Assembly (NCBI RefSeq): GCF_006345805.1
Contig: NC_043018.1
Span: 4,092,001-4,156,000, forward strand
Direction of reading: 5' to 3'
Length of the DNA stretch: 64,000 bases
Source of the DNA: Octopus sinensis
Taxonomy: Eukaryota
The notes beneath the pieces were generated by a model. The model made no database searches. It was not told the origin of the DNA and saw only the letters and a program-made list of their open reading frames with translations. Positions 25,414-37,400 of this stretch are shown piece by piece. A program made the translations under genes and the position numbers. The stretch's first letter is position 1. Every line of letters begins with the position of its first letter.

Positions 25414-28400
25414 TAAATTAGAGACAAAACCACTATTATGCAAATCAAACAAAGAAAGACTTAAGCCAATACATAAAATAATTTATATAAATTAAAATTT
25501 AACAATTATAAATAACCACTACGATATAATATTTTACTATAAAATTGGATTCAATCCTAAATCTGATTTTCCCCTGTAAATTTGGATTTATTCCCTAATA
25601 TTTATTATATATATATATATATATAATGTGTGAATTATGTGGTCAGTCTGTTGAGCTGAAAATATGCACACCCATGTTAAAAGTGCTGGCGAGTTTGCAT
25701 GTCAACTATTTTTTTCCTCAAATGAAAGGCGTGACCTCTAGGACAAAATTCCTCATCTTATAAAATGTGGCCTCAGTAGACCCGAATGAAATCAGGTTAT
25801 ATTAACCAAAATGTGAAAAGGGGTCTAAATGGGGCTGGAAGGGGATTAAAATTTAAAGGAGCGGGTGTTTAGGAATTCTTTGTTACATCAAGCTAAAAAA
25901 TTTGCACCAGCCTTTTAATCGTCAATGTGTTGCCGTCCATGATGAAGAAGTTTTGAATGCTTGCCATGGTGAGTCTACTGTCGTGAGAAAGAATCACTTC
26001 AAAACTTGGTCATCATCATCATCATTTAGCGTCCGCTTTCCATGCTAGCATGGGTTGGACGGTTCAACTGGGGTCTGGGAAGCCAGAAGGCTGCACCAGG
26101 CCCAGTCTGATCTGGCAGTGTTTTTACAGCTGGATGCCCTTCCTAACGCCAACCACTCCGTGAGTGTAGTGGCTGCTTTTTACGTGCCACCCACACAGGT
26201 GCCAGACGGGGCTGGCAAACGGCCACGAATGGATGGTGCTTTTTACGTGCCACCAGCACGGGGACCAGGCGAGGCTGACAACGGCCACGATCGGATGGTG
26301 CCTTTTTACGTGCCACCAGCATGGAGGCCAGTTGGGGCGGCGCTGGCAACAGACACGGTCGGGTGGTGCTTTTTACGTGCCACTGGCACGGGGGCCAGTC
26401 GAGGCTGGCAACGGCCTACGAATTTTCTTTTACATCAAGTTCAAAATTTTACGCCAGCCGTTAAACTGTCAATACATTGCTGTCCGTCGTTAAGAAATGC
26501 CAGCCATGGTGACTCTACTATCCTCAGATTCTATCCCTTCAAACTTTGGTTTCCAATATTTTATTATTTTTATTCAGCTCGCAATTTCGTCTGTCCCTTT
26601 TAAATGTTAGTGTTTTGCTGTCTGCCTTGAAGCAGACCTTTCCGTTGCCACTGCCTGATATTTATGACTGATCTTTCTAAATATTTTATTTCTCAACTTA
26701 CACAAGATCTTTTGTTGTTTATAAATTGGAGAGAGATAGATAAAGATAGAGAGTAAGAGAAAGCGAGAGAGAGTCCGAGAGAAAAGAAAAGTAAGAGAGA
26801 GGGAAAGTGAGAGAGAAAGGAGAGAGAAATAAAGAGGGAGAATCATCATCATCATCGTTTAACATCCGTTTTCCGTGCTAGCACGGGTTGGACAGTTTGA
26901 CTGGAGTCTGGGAAGCCAGGAGGCTACACCAGGCTCCAGTCTGATCTGGCAGTATTTCTACAGGTGGATGACCTTCCTAACGCCAACCACTCTGTGAGTG
27001 TAGTGGGTGCTTTTTTTGTGCCGCTGGCACAGGTGCCAGGGGGGCTCGCAGCGGCAACAATCGGTTGGTGCTTTTTACGTGCCACCGGCACAGAAGCCAG
27101 TCAAGGCGGCACTGCAATCAGCCACGTTCGGATGGTGCTTTTCACGTGCTGAAAGGAAGCAACAGAAAGTAACAACCACACTCTTACCCGCGTGTAGAGC
27201 GGGTCACCTTAAGCTAGTATATATATATATATTCAGGGGCTGGACAAAATAATGGAAACACCTTAAAATTTCAAACAAATTTATTTTAATATGGGTAGGA
27301 CTGCCTTTGGCAGTAATTACTGTTTGAACTCTATGAGGTATGGACTCATACAAAGTTTGAATAGTCTCCAAAGGAATTTTTGTACATTCTTCAGCTAAAA
27401 CAGTCTCCAGTTCTTGTAGTGATGATGGTGGAGGATATCGACTTGTTACTTGTTTCTCTAAATGCACCATAAATGTTCAATAATATTGAGATATGGGGAC
27501 TGTGGTGGCCAGATAAGAACTTCACTAGAATGTTCCTTGTGCCATTCAGTAACAACTTTAACTGTGTGAATTGGTGCATTATCATCCTGAGAGATTGCAT
27601 TTCCCTCTGGAAACAGTTCCACAACCATAGCATGAATTGGATCAGGTAAAATGCTTAAATAGTCTTGACTATCAATTCTGCCATGAAGGGAAATCATTGG
27701 ACTGGCAGATTTCCAAGATATAGCCCTCCAGATCATCACAGATCCTCCTCCATGTATAACAGTTGGAAGAAGGCAGTCTGGGTCAAATGCTTCTTTTGGC
27801 TGTCTCTACACATATACTCAGCTGGTGGTCGGAAATAAGGTAAAAGATGACTTGTCTGAGAAAATAACTTTCTTCCACTGCTCTAGGGACCAATTCTGTA
27901 GGTTTTTACCCCACAACATTTGTTTTTGAAAGTAGTGGTTTTCTGATTAAAGGCTGTCATTACTTATGAGACAGTACTTCTTGATACACCAAACATTTTG
28001 GCCGTTTTCGTTACGCTAAACCCTGCTATACGAGCACCAACAATTTGACCTCTTTGAAAGTCTGATAGATCTGTCATTTTAATGAATTTTAATTACCTTT
28101 TTCTAATGATATCTGAAAAGAAACAGCAATTTTATCAAAACATATTAAGCAACATCATCATCATCATCGTTTAACATCCGTTTTCCATGCTAGCATGGGT
28201 TGGACAGTTTGATTGTGGGCTGGTGAACCAGATGGCTGCACCAGGCTCCAATCTTGATCTGGCAGAGTTTCTACAGCTAGATGCCCTTCCTAACGTCAAC
28301 CACTCCGAGAGTGCAGTGGGTGCTTTTTACGTGCCACCGGCATGGGGGCCTGTCAGGCGACGTTGGTAACAATCACGCTCAAATGGTGCCCTTTTGCGTT

Positions 28401-31400
28401 CCACGACACGGGGGCCAGTCAGGCGGTACTAGCAATGACCTCGCTCGAATCTTTTTACACATGACACTGACACAGGTGCCAGTAAGGCGATGCTGGTAAC
28501 AATCACGTTCGAATGGTGCCCTTTTACATGCCACCGGCACGGAAGCCAGTTGGCTGCTTTGGCAACGATCATGCTCAGATGGTGCTCTTGGCACCCTACT
28601 AGCACAAGCACAAGTGCCAGTAAGGCGACGCTGGTAATGATCACACTCGAATGGTGCTCTTTTATGTGCCACTGGCACGGAAGCCGGTTAGCCACTCTGT
28701 CAAACGATCACACTCCTATGGTGCTCTTTGCACCCCGCTAGCATGGATGCCAGTCATTGAATTTGATTTTGATTTCACTTGCCTCAACAGGTCTTCGCAA
28801 GCAGAGTTTAGTGACCAAAGAAGGAAAAGGTACGCATAAGCGGGCTGGTTACGCTCCTGGCATAGGCCACAGGTTATGGTCTCATTTTGCTTGCCGGGTC
28901 TTCTCTAATAATAAATCAATAAACATAAAAATAAACAAGCTTTTGACAGTTTTATAGAAATTTCAAAATTATGATACTAGGTGTTTCCATAATTTTGTCT
29001 GACTCCTGTATCTAATATATTTCATTTTAACAGCCAAGGGAAGTAATCCATTCGCCCATATTTTAACAGTCAAGGGAAATAACCCGTTTATTTTCTAAAT
29101 TATTTGGTATAAATCAAATTGAGTATGCTTATTTCTTAGTATTTGAACTATTAGTTATTTTCGCAATTTATCCAGTACAACCCTTAAACAAGTAAATAGT
29201 ATTTTCCTAAACAATAGATGCACTTATTTCGGTTAGTGACTTATTCACGAATATACCAACACTAACACCGCTGAGGGAAATATTCTCTGGGAACGCACAA
29301 AAGCCCTTTTCAGAGTTATTTACTTTGAATTGTTATTATCTCGTATCTGATTAGCCTGTTATTACGTAACATGCTTCACGATTTTAGTATACATACCTTA
29401 TTAGTATTTCCTCTTAAGTTCTGTATACTCTGGGAATGCATTAAAGCCCTTTTCAGAGCTACTTTACTTGAATTTTAACTATTGGGTAACTAATTTCATG
29501 TTATTACATAATTGACTTCACAATTTGGGTATTCATAACTTATTGGGAATTTCTAAAAACAAGATCCTGTGTAAGACAGTTTGGTATTCTATGTAAATGC
29601 ACAAAAACTGTTTTAAGGGCTACATACTTTGTTTTGTTGTCATTAGATTAGTGTAACAATTATGAGAACGGAACCAAGGGATAAGCCCTGCGTTTCCAAG
29701 AATTACTGGGTACGTCAGCTAGTTTCTAATATTCCGTATATGTCTGGCTACGGGGAAATATTACCTCACTTGGAAACGGGTGAAGGCTGGTGGCAGGAAA
29801 GGCATCCAACCATAGAAAATCTGTCTCAATAAACTTTGTACATCCCATGCAAGTATGGAAAAATGGATGTTAAAACAGTAATGATGATGATGACGATATT
29901 GTCAGAAATTGGTTATGTATGTAGGTGTGTATGCTTTGAGGGTAAGAGAGCTGTGGTACATCTGGAATACAGGATCTACAACCAGTCAGTGTTTCCCTCA
30001 ATTTAAAAACCACCTCATCTCTTTAGATTTGGAGTTGATACTTGAACCAGTGCTGCATAGCCAGTAAAGCTGAAACATTTAAGAGAACGAGATAGCAATA
30101 GTGTGAAGGAAAGAATAGTTGTGACAAGAATGAGAGATAAGGTTGTAGTAGATAAAGATGGACTGGTGGAGATTGTTGATAGTGACTGAGATATGTAAGT
30201 TGACAGCAGTGTCAAATATGGTTGAAGTGAATTCAAGTGCCGAGCGAAACAAGTTAGTTTATGGTTTGTTTTAATGGGAAAGGTCACTGACTTGTACTGA
30301 ATCTTGTTTGTATATTTTACTACAAACTAAAATCATGTAAGATATTACTTTTTTTTTTTTTTTGGACTATTAACCTTAGATATGAAAGTATATCCTATTT
30401 ATTTATCTTTTTACATTAATTACATAAGCAAGCAATCTTTCATAGAAATATAATAACTTAAGTTAAGGTTAATTATCCTGAAAATTATAATCTTAACATC
30501 TCTGCTCAGGTTTTAGACATCTAAAAGAACAAAAGGCAAACAGAAAACAAAGCAAAACAAGCTAACGAAAAAATAAATAAATAGTTATTGCTATATCATA
30601 ACCAAGATATTATAGATACAAAGATACTCTCATGGAATGTGGCTGAATGTCGTTTATTTTTCAACATAGTCACCCTTGCAGTCCTTCTTCTATTGGTGTC
30701 GCAGTGCTTGGATCTCATTAGTGAAGAAGCATTTGTCCTGTTGGTCAAAAAGTGATCAACAGTAGACATGACGTCATCAACACCACAATACTGGTTCCCA
30801 GCCAAGTGTTTTATTATGTTGGAGAAAATAGATGATTGTGAGATGGGGCCAAATCAGGAGAAACGGGTTAGGGTTCAAAGCCACAGTTGTCATGTGTAAC
30901 AGCCACTGAAAGCAAGAACTTGTTTTCTGAAGCATTGTCCTGATGAATCAAGACCCCCTTTTGTCAATTTTCCTGGGCATTTGGTCTTGATAGCCTTTTG
31001 TGACTACCCCAGCAAGTTGGTATAGTACCCTCCATTGATAGTGTGTCTCTTTTGAAGATAGTTTATTGACTATCAATAACCAATGCTTTTCGCATCACAA
31101 AAACTGAAACTATCACCTTCCTTGCAGATGAAACAATCTTGGCTTTTTTTGGAGCTGGTGAGAAGGAGGTGCTTCCACAGCATACATTATTAATTTGTCT
31201 TTGGCTCAAAGTGATGAAACCAACACTCATCCTGACTTAGGAAATGCTCAAGTAAACCAGCTGGATTTGACTGAAACAATGTCAGATTTTCCTGTGATGT
31301 GATCATCATTGTGTGCTTTTGATCAGGTGTTAGACAATGTGGCACCCACCAAGTAGAAACCATTGTCATGCCAAGTCCATTGTGCAGAATATTCTCATCT

Positions 31401-34400
31401 CTAATGGGATACTTTTATAGCGTTGGCTATTTGATTTATAGTCAATTGCCTGTCATCCGTCAGCATGTAGTGAATGCAGACAACGTTTTCCTCGATGATG
31501 GTAGTTGTAGGATGTCTGGACCTGGGGTGATCTTCAAGAATCTCCCTTCCCCTCCTAAATCCGACTACCCACTTTTGCATTGTTGATAAAGCTGAAGTGT
31601 CAGCCCCTTAATGTAGTAACCTTACCAGCATGAATGTCTTTTATGGTTAAATCCATTTTCTGTAGTTACTTGATAATACCATGATGTCAAATTTTGTCGA
31701 ATTTCAAGAGATGTTACTACTAGTTACTTTAGCAGTCTTCATTGAACAGTCAGATATCAGTTGACCTTGAGAGAAACAATGCAGTTATGAAAAAGAGTTG
31801 AAATTACTGCATGCAAAATTTCATGGCTCCAGTCTAGCATCATACCTCCATAGTCAGCCTATGAACTTTTCAGCTACCCTTATATATTGGTTTAAAAAAT
31901 GAAGGCATATTGGACAATGTAGTTCCCAGTATATCAGAAGATTTAATGGTCAAAGCTGGAGCACCTTTCAGTGTAGGGTTTTTTTTATCTATGAGAACTA
32001 ACCCCAGTATAAACAGTTATATAGGTACATTGAAAACAGAAAGTAAAGCATCTTCTCTTCCACATAATTTACATTCTTTATATTTTTCATTACAAAAGGT
32101 TCTTAAATCTCTTGTTACATCCTATCTCCCCAACTCTGCTCTGACTACTGTACTCAATCCTTCCTCTTCAGAACATTGGTCTTCTGGAATCTTCTCCACT
32201 CATGTCTTTCCTGCAAATGTTGACCTGCAATATCTTAAATTTCATCAATCACAGAGATCCTGCAAAGGTCATGAGCAGTTTCCTTCCCTCTTGACCAGTA
32301 GTTCTCAACCTTTGTAATATCCGGGCCAGATCCAAGACCTAGATTTTTAGGAGGCTGCACCAAGAAAAGTAAAACACAAGTCAAAGAAAAAATTATATTT
32401 GTAGAGGGAAGGCTGTCGGTGGTGGGGTGGCTGCTGAGAGGATACTTGAGGATTGCATATAGCTCTGGAGGTCACAATTGAGAACTGCTGCTCTAGACTC
32501 AAGTGGGGGAAAGACCCTCCTTGTTACCATATTCTTAATGTAATGCTTTATCTGCATATTTCAATAAATGTTGAAAATATCCAAAAAAAAAAAAAAAATT
32601 GAAGGGGTTTAGTAATATGATAAATTTTAATTAAATTAGTGTTTGAAAATAAAACTCAACAAAAGGTTTTGTTGGATAAAATTATGATGGAAGTTTTTAA
32701 TTTTGGATGAGTACAATTTAAAATGGATAGGATGGCCTGATGGTTAGGGTGTTGGGCTCATGATTGTGAAGTCATGAGTTCAATTTCTGGATTGGGCAAC
32801 ATGTTGGTCCAGTCTATTAAGCTGAACTGAGTACTAGCCGACTGCTGGTGCAGTCCTCTTCCATCCCATTTGCCACACCCTGCTTGTTCCACTGAGTCAA
32901 TAGTAAGAAGGGTCAAGAAGATGGCTGTGTCTGCTTATGATCACATAGGCACCTAAAGCAGTTAGCGAAATCATGGTACTAAGCTTTCCCGGCTTGCAAA
33001 TGACAAATAGAGGTTTTTATAAATGTGCACCCATGCCAGTGACACGAGAGGCACCCAGTCCACACTCTGTAAAATGGTTTGCATTAGGAAGAGTATCCAG
33101 CTGTAAACAGACAACTAGAGCCTGATGCAACTCTCCAGCTTACCAGCTCTGGTCAAACCATCTAACCTGTGCCAGCATGGGTTTGATGGTTTGACCAGAC
33201 ATTAAATGAAGATTTTCTATATTTAAGAGATGAGGAATTATGTACATTATTTACATCTGACAGCTATTTGTCCTCATCCGAAACATTGTGTTAACAACAA
33301 ACAAGATGAGGACAAATATCCGTCAGATGTAAATAATGTATTAAATGATGATGATAAAAATGATAAGGGCTCAGGCACCAACATCAATGTCAAGGATCAG
33401 TGAAATATTTTGGTGATTTTTGTCTAAGATTTGATTATTTTGCACTGGCTGATACTTCTGTACCTCCACACCTCTAATGTTTACGTTATACAATACATCC
33501 TCTAACCTTGGTCCACATATTTTTGCTTAGATTATATATTACTTGCTCTCTCACCCATCTCTCTCTTAATAACAAAACTCATTTATTGAAATGAAAAAAT
33601 TACAAAGAAACATTGGAGAATCCCTTTCCCTCTCTTCATCTGTTTTGTTATTCATGTAAATTTGTATTGGGCATGCAACAAATTCCTACATACACTTTGC
33701 ATGCACATACACACCATACACTTTGTATGCATATACACACACTCAATGTTTTGCATGTGTGTGCACACACACACACACCATTTTGTACCACAAACACTCA
33801 CATCACATACTATAAAACCCCATCTTATATATATATATATATATGTACTAGAATTGAAAAATGTGTACACTCAAAAGGGTTACAGACTGTCATAATAAAC
33901 CTTAAAAAGTATGGGACTAGCATTGTTGCTCAAAAATATTGGAATCACTGTATGTTGTACATTTTGTGGCGTTTTAAGACAAAAAGAGACTCGTGAATTA
34001 CAATGTCACGATAATTATTAAACCGAGTTCTTAGTATAAAAATTTGAAAATGTTCAAAATTTAATCTTTAACTTCAAACAAGTGAATTCATTATAATATT
34101 CTTCATACTAAAATATATAAAAAGCATATTTCACACTGTATGGAAATTACCATGGTAATAGAAAAAAAACAAAAAATGGATTTATGATGAAATCGAATCT
34201 ATGTAACAGCAAAAGTACAAAACCAAAATAATTATAAGCAAAGATAATTTGCTTTATGATACACATATTAATGAAATAGTTATGCGAATCAAACAAATTA
34301 TTACTAAATTATTTTTGATTGGTTACTTGTAAATTTATAAAAAATATCATTCATAGATTGAATTAGTGCATAAAGATGACATTAGTATTTGTACACCATT

Positions 34401-37400
34401 GTTTTGTTAAAACTGAGTATACGATAATTTAACTTGATTCATTTTTAATACAACTTAATTTCAATGAACTAAACAAATTTCTTGTGATAAAAGGATGCCA
34501 CAGAATGTACATATAGTGATTCCAGTATTTTTGAGTAACAATGCTAGTCCCATACTTTTTAAGGTTTATTATGACAGTCTATAATCCTTTTGAACATGCG
34601 CATTGTTTCAATTCTAATTTTGTACTTTTTAAGGCAACACTTGTAATATTTTATATATGTTATGTATTTTTATGTGTGTCAAATGCTCAAGAGCAATAAA
34701 AACTGAAAATGTGCAGAAAACGGCTTCCATCACATTCTACAAGTAGTTGATAACTTCCGTTACCTAGGTGACTAAGTCAGTAGTGGGGGTGGTTGCTCTG
34801 AGAGTGTAGCTGCTAGAATAAGAATAGCCTGGGCAAAGTTCAGAGAGCTCCTACCTCTGCTGGTGACAAAGGGCTTCTCGGTCAGAGTAAAAGGTATGCT
34901 GTATGATGCATGTGTGCAAACAGCCATACTACATAGCAGTAAAACATGGACCATGACTGCTGAGGACTTGCAAGCAATGAAGCTAGTATGCTCTGCTGGA
35001 TGTGTAATGTTAGTGTGCAAACATGTAAGCACCCTGAGAGAAAAGTTGGACACAAGAAGCATCAGATATGGTGTGCAAGAGAAACGACTGCACTGGTATA
35101 ATCATGCGTTGCATATGGATGAGGACAGCTGTATGAAAAGTATCACACCCTAACAGTTGAAGGAACTTGTGGAAAAGGCAGACTCAGGAAGACCTGGGAT
35201 GAGGTGTTGAAGTATGACCTTTGACTGTTAGATCCGACCGAAGCAATGACAAGTGACCAAGAATTTTGGAGATATGCTGTGCTTGAGGCCTGGCAAGCCA
35301 AGTGAGACCATAACTATGGCCTATGCCAGTGCAGCATAACCATCCCATTTAAGAGTACCCTTCAATCATTGGACAATAAACTGTGCTTGCAAAGACCTGT
35401 TGTCATGGCTGATGACAGTACTGCCTGATTGGCACTTGTGCCAGTGGCACATAAAAAGTACCATTCGAGCGTGGTTGATGCCAGTGCCACCTGACTGGTC
35501 CTTTGATGGTAGCACGTAAAAAGCACCACTCGAGCATGATCATTGCCAGTGCTGCCTGGCTGGCTCCCATGCCAGTGGCATGTAAAAAGCACCATCCAAG
35601 CGTGGTTGTTGCCAATGCTGCCTGACTAGCCCCAGTGCTGGTGGCACATAAAAGGCACCCACTACACTCTTGGAGTGGTTGGCATTAGGAAGGGCATCCA
35701 GCTGTAGAAATATTACTTGATCAGATTGGAGCCTGGTCAGCCAGACCGTCCAGCCATTGCCAGCATGAAAAGCAGATGTTAAACGATGATGATGTATTTC
35801 TCTTAAAGGTGTGGCAACCTCTAATAAACTGACACCTGAACGCTGACCAATGGAAATGGTGTGACTGTCACAATATTAAAAAATGTACGATAAAATCGAT
35901 AATAAGTGTCCTATTTGTTTATTATCATATGGAGAGATAAAATGGTAACAAGAATCTAGTCGAGTGACATGACGTTCCAATATTATACCGAAAATCGCCA
36001 TACAAGCTGCAAATCCGACCTACAACCTCCCAGAAGTCAAAAATTGGCAGTCATTCACCACTGAGATAATATTCCTCAATGGCAGGACCAGATTCATATT
36101 CTAATAAATTCAGAAATGCACTCAAGCTATTCAAATAAAGCACTATATAGAGATAAAAAGTTATAGCTCACCACATCTGTCACATTTCCTGTCTGATCGC
36201 CAAGCAAGTGATTCATCAAATAATGCTTGTTGCTTTATATCGGCCATGAAAATTAATTTCATTTCAATTCAATTCAATTTCATTTAATTTTTCCAAGAAC
36301 AGCAGGTAGTTGTTAAGCAGTTTAGACAGGGAAGCTAGATACTGCTTGGAAAAGATGGCATTGTCAATGCCATCTGTTCTGGTTGCAAATGATGCTTGGG
36401 TAGTGGCTGGAATCCACACTAGCCAACGTGTGCCACACTGAGGATAATTCATCAATTCCGAATCAATCCTGACCATCTGATTGTCTATATATTTGAATCT
36501 GTTCAAATAAATAACCAGGTAACGCATAGTATTTGAGAACACATGGCTCGTTGTACCAGTGTGCTTGGTGTCAATGCCACACAAACTGCACCTCTTGATA
36601 ATCGAAGCCTCATTTTTGAGCAAGCGCTTAAGCTGTTGCTGACCACTAATAGGATGCAATGTCAGATCAGACTTGAGGTTGGTCATATTCGTGAAAGTGC
36701 CACAGCTGTTGGTCAATGCAATCACACTAATTATTGTGTAATTTGGGGCAATTGGTCTCGTGTTTTCTATTGCACTTGAGCAGTGTATTCTCCTCAAAGA
36801 TGAATATTTGTTTAACATTTTCAGCAGCAAATGATAAATAGTCATCATTAAGATCACTCTGAATATTTTTACCATGTTCCAGCACATCCTACATACATTT
36901 GCACACATTCTGGAACCTGACCATTTCAGAGATAAATCCTTGGCACACTGATCAAAGAACTCCTGATAAGTCTTGCAACCTCCGAGCAAGTCTTTTTCCT
37001 CATCACACCAACGTTTGAAGAGCAGGAGCAGATTGTGGTAATAATGCTCCGAAGTATCTGCAGTCAGTCTAATGTTTGATGACTTTACAATTCGCTCTTT
37101 GACAGAATGGCCAAGATTATTTCTCAACCGCATTTCTTCATTAGCATTTCTGGCTTTGTTTGGAGGCACACATTCATATTTACTTGCAGTCTCAGACAAA
37201 CTCATGGGCTCCATCGAATTGGATCTGTTTGGATGCCAGTTTTCCACCATGTTCTCATAATAAAGATCAGTGGACTCTGGCTCCAGTTGGTCCAGTTCAT
37301 GCTGAGATCGGAACCTATGCGATTAGTAACTGGGCAAGTCCGCTCCAATCCAAATAATGCTTTCAGAACACCCATAGAAATGGTGGCCAAGCAGTTTGTC

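Noticed and set aside
26165-26420. CRISPR-like look: palindromic 25-nt repeats with 30-40-nt spacers (also 28320-28740 and 35430-35660)
   Set aside because: The spacers are homologous to each other, there are no cas genes, and the array lies in a eukaryotic RTE 3' UTR.
35954-35960. CTAG as the 3' end of the large Helitron
   Set aside because: The flanking base is wrong for an A|T target and there is no subterminal hairpin.
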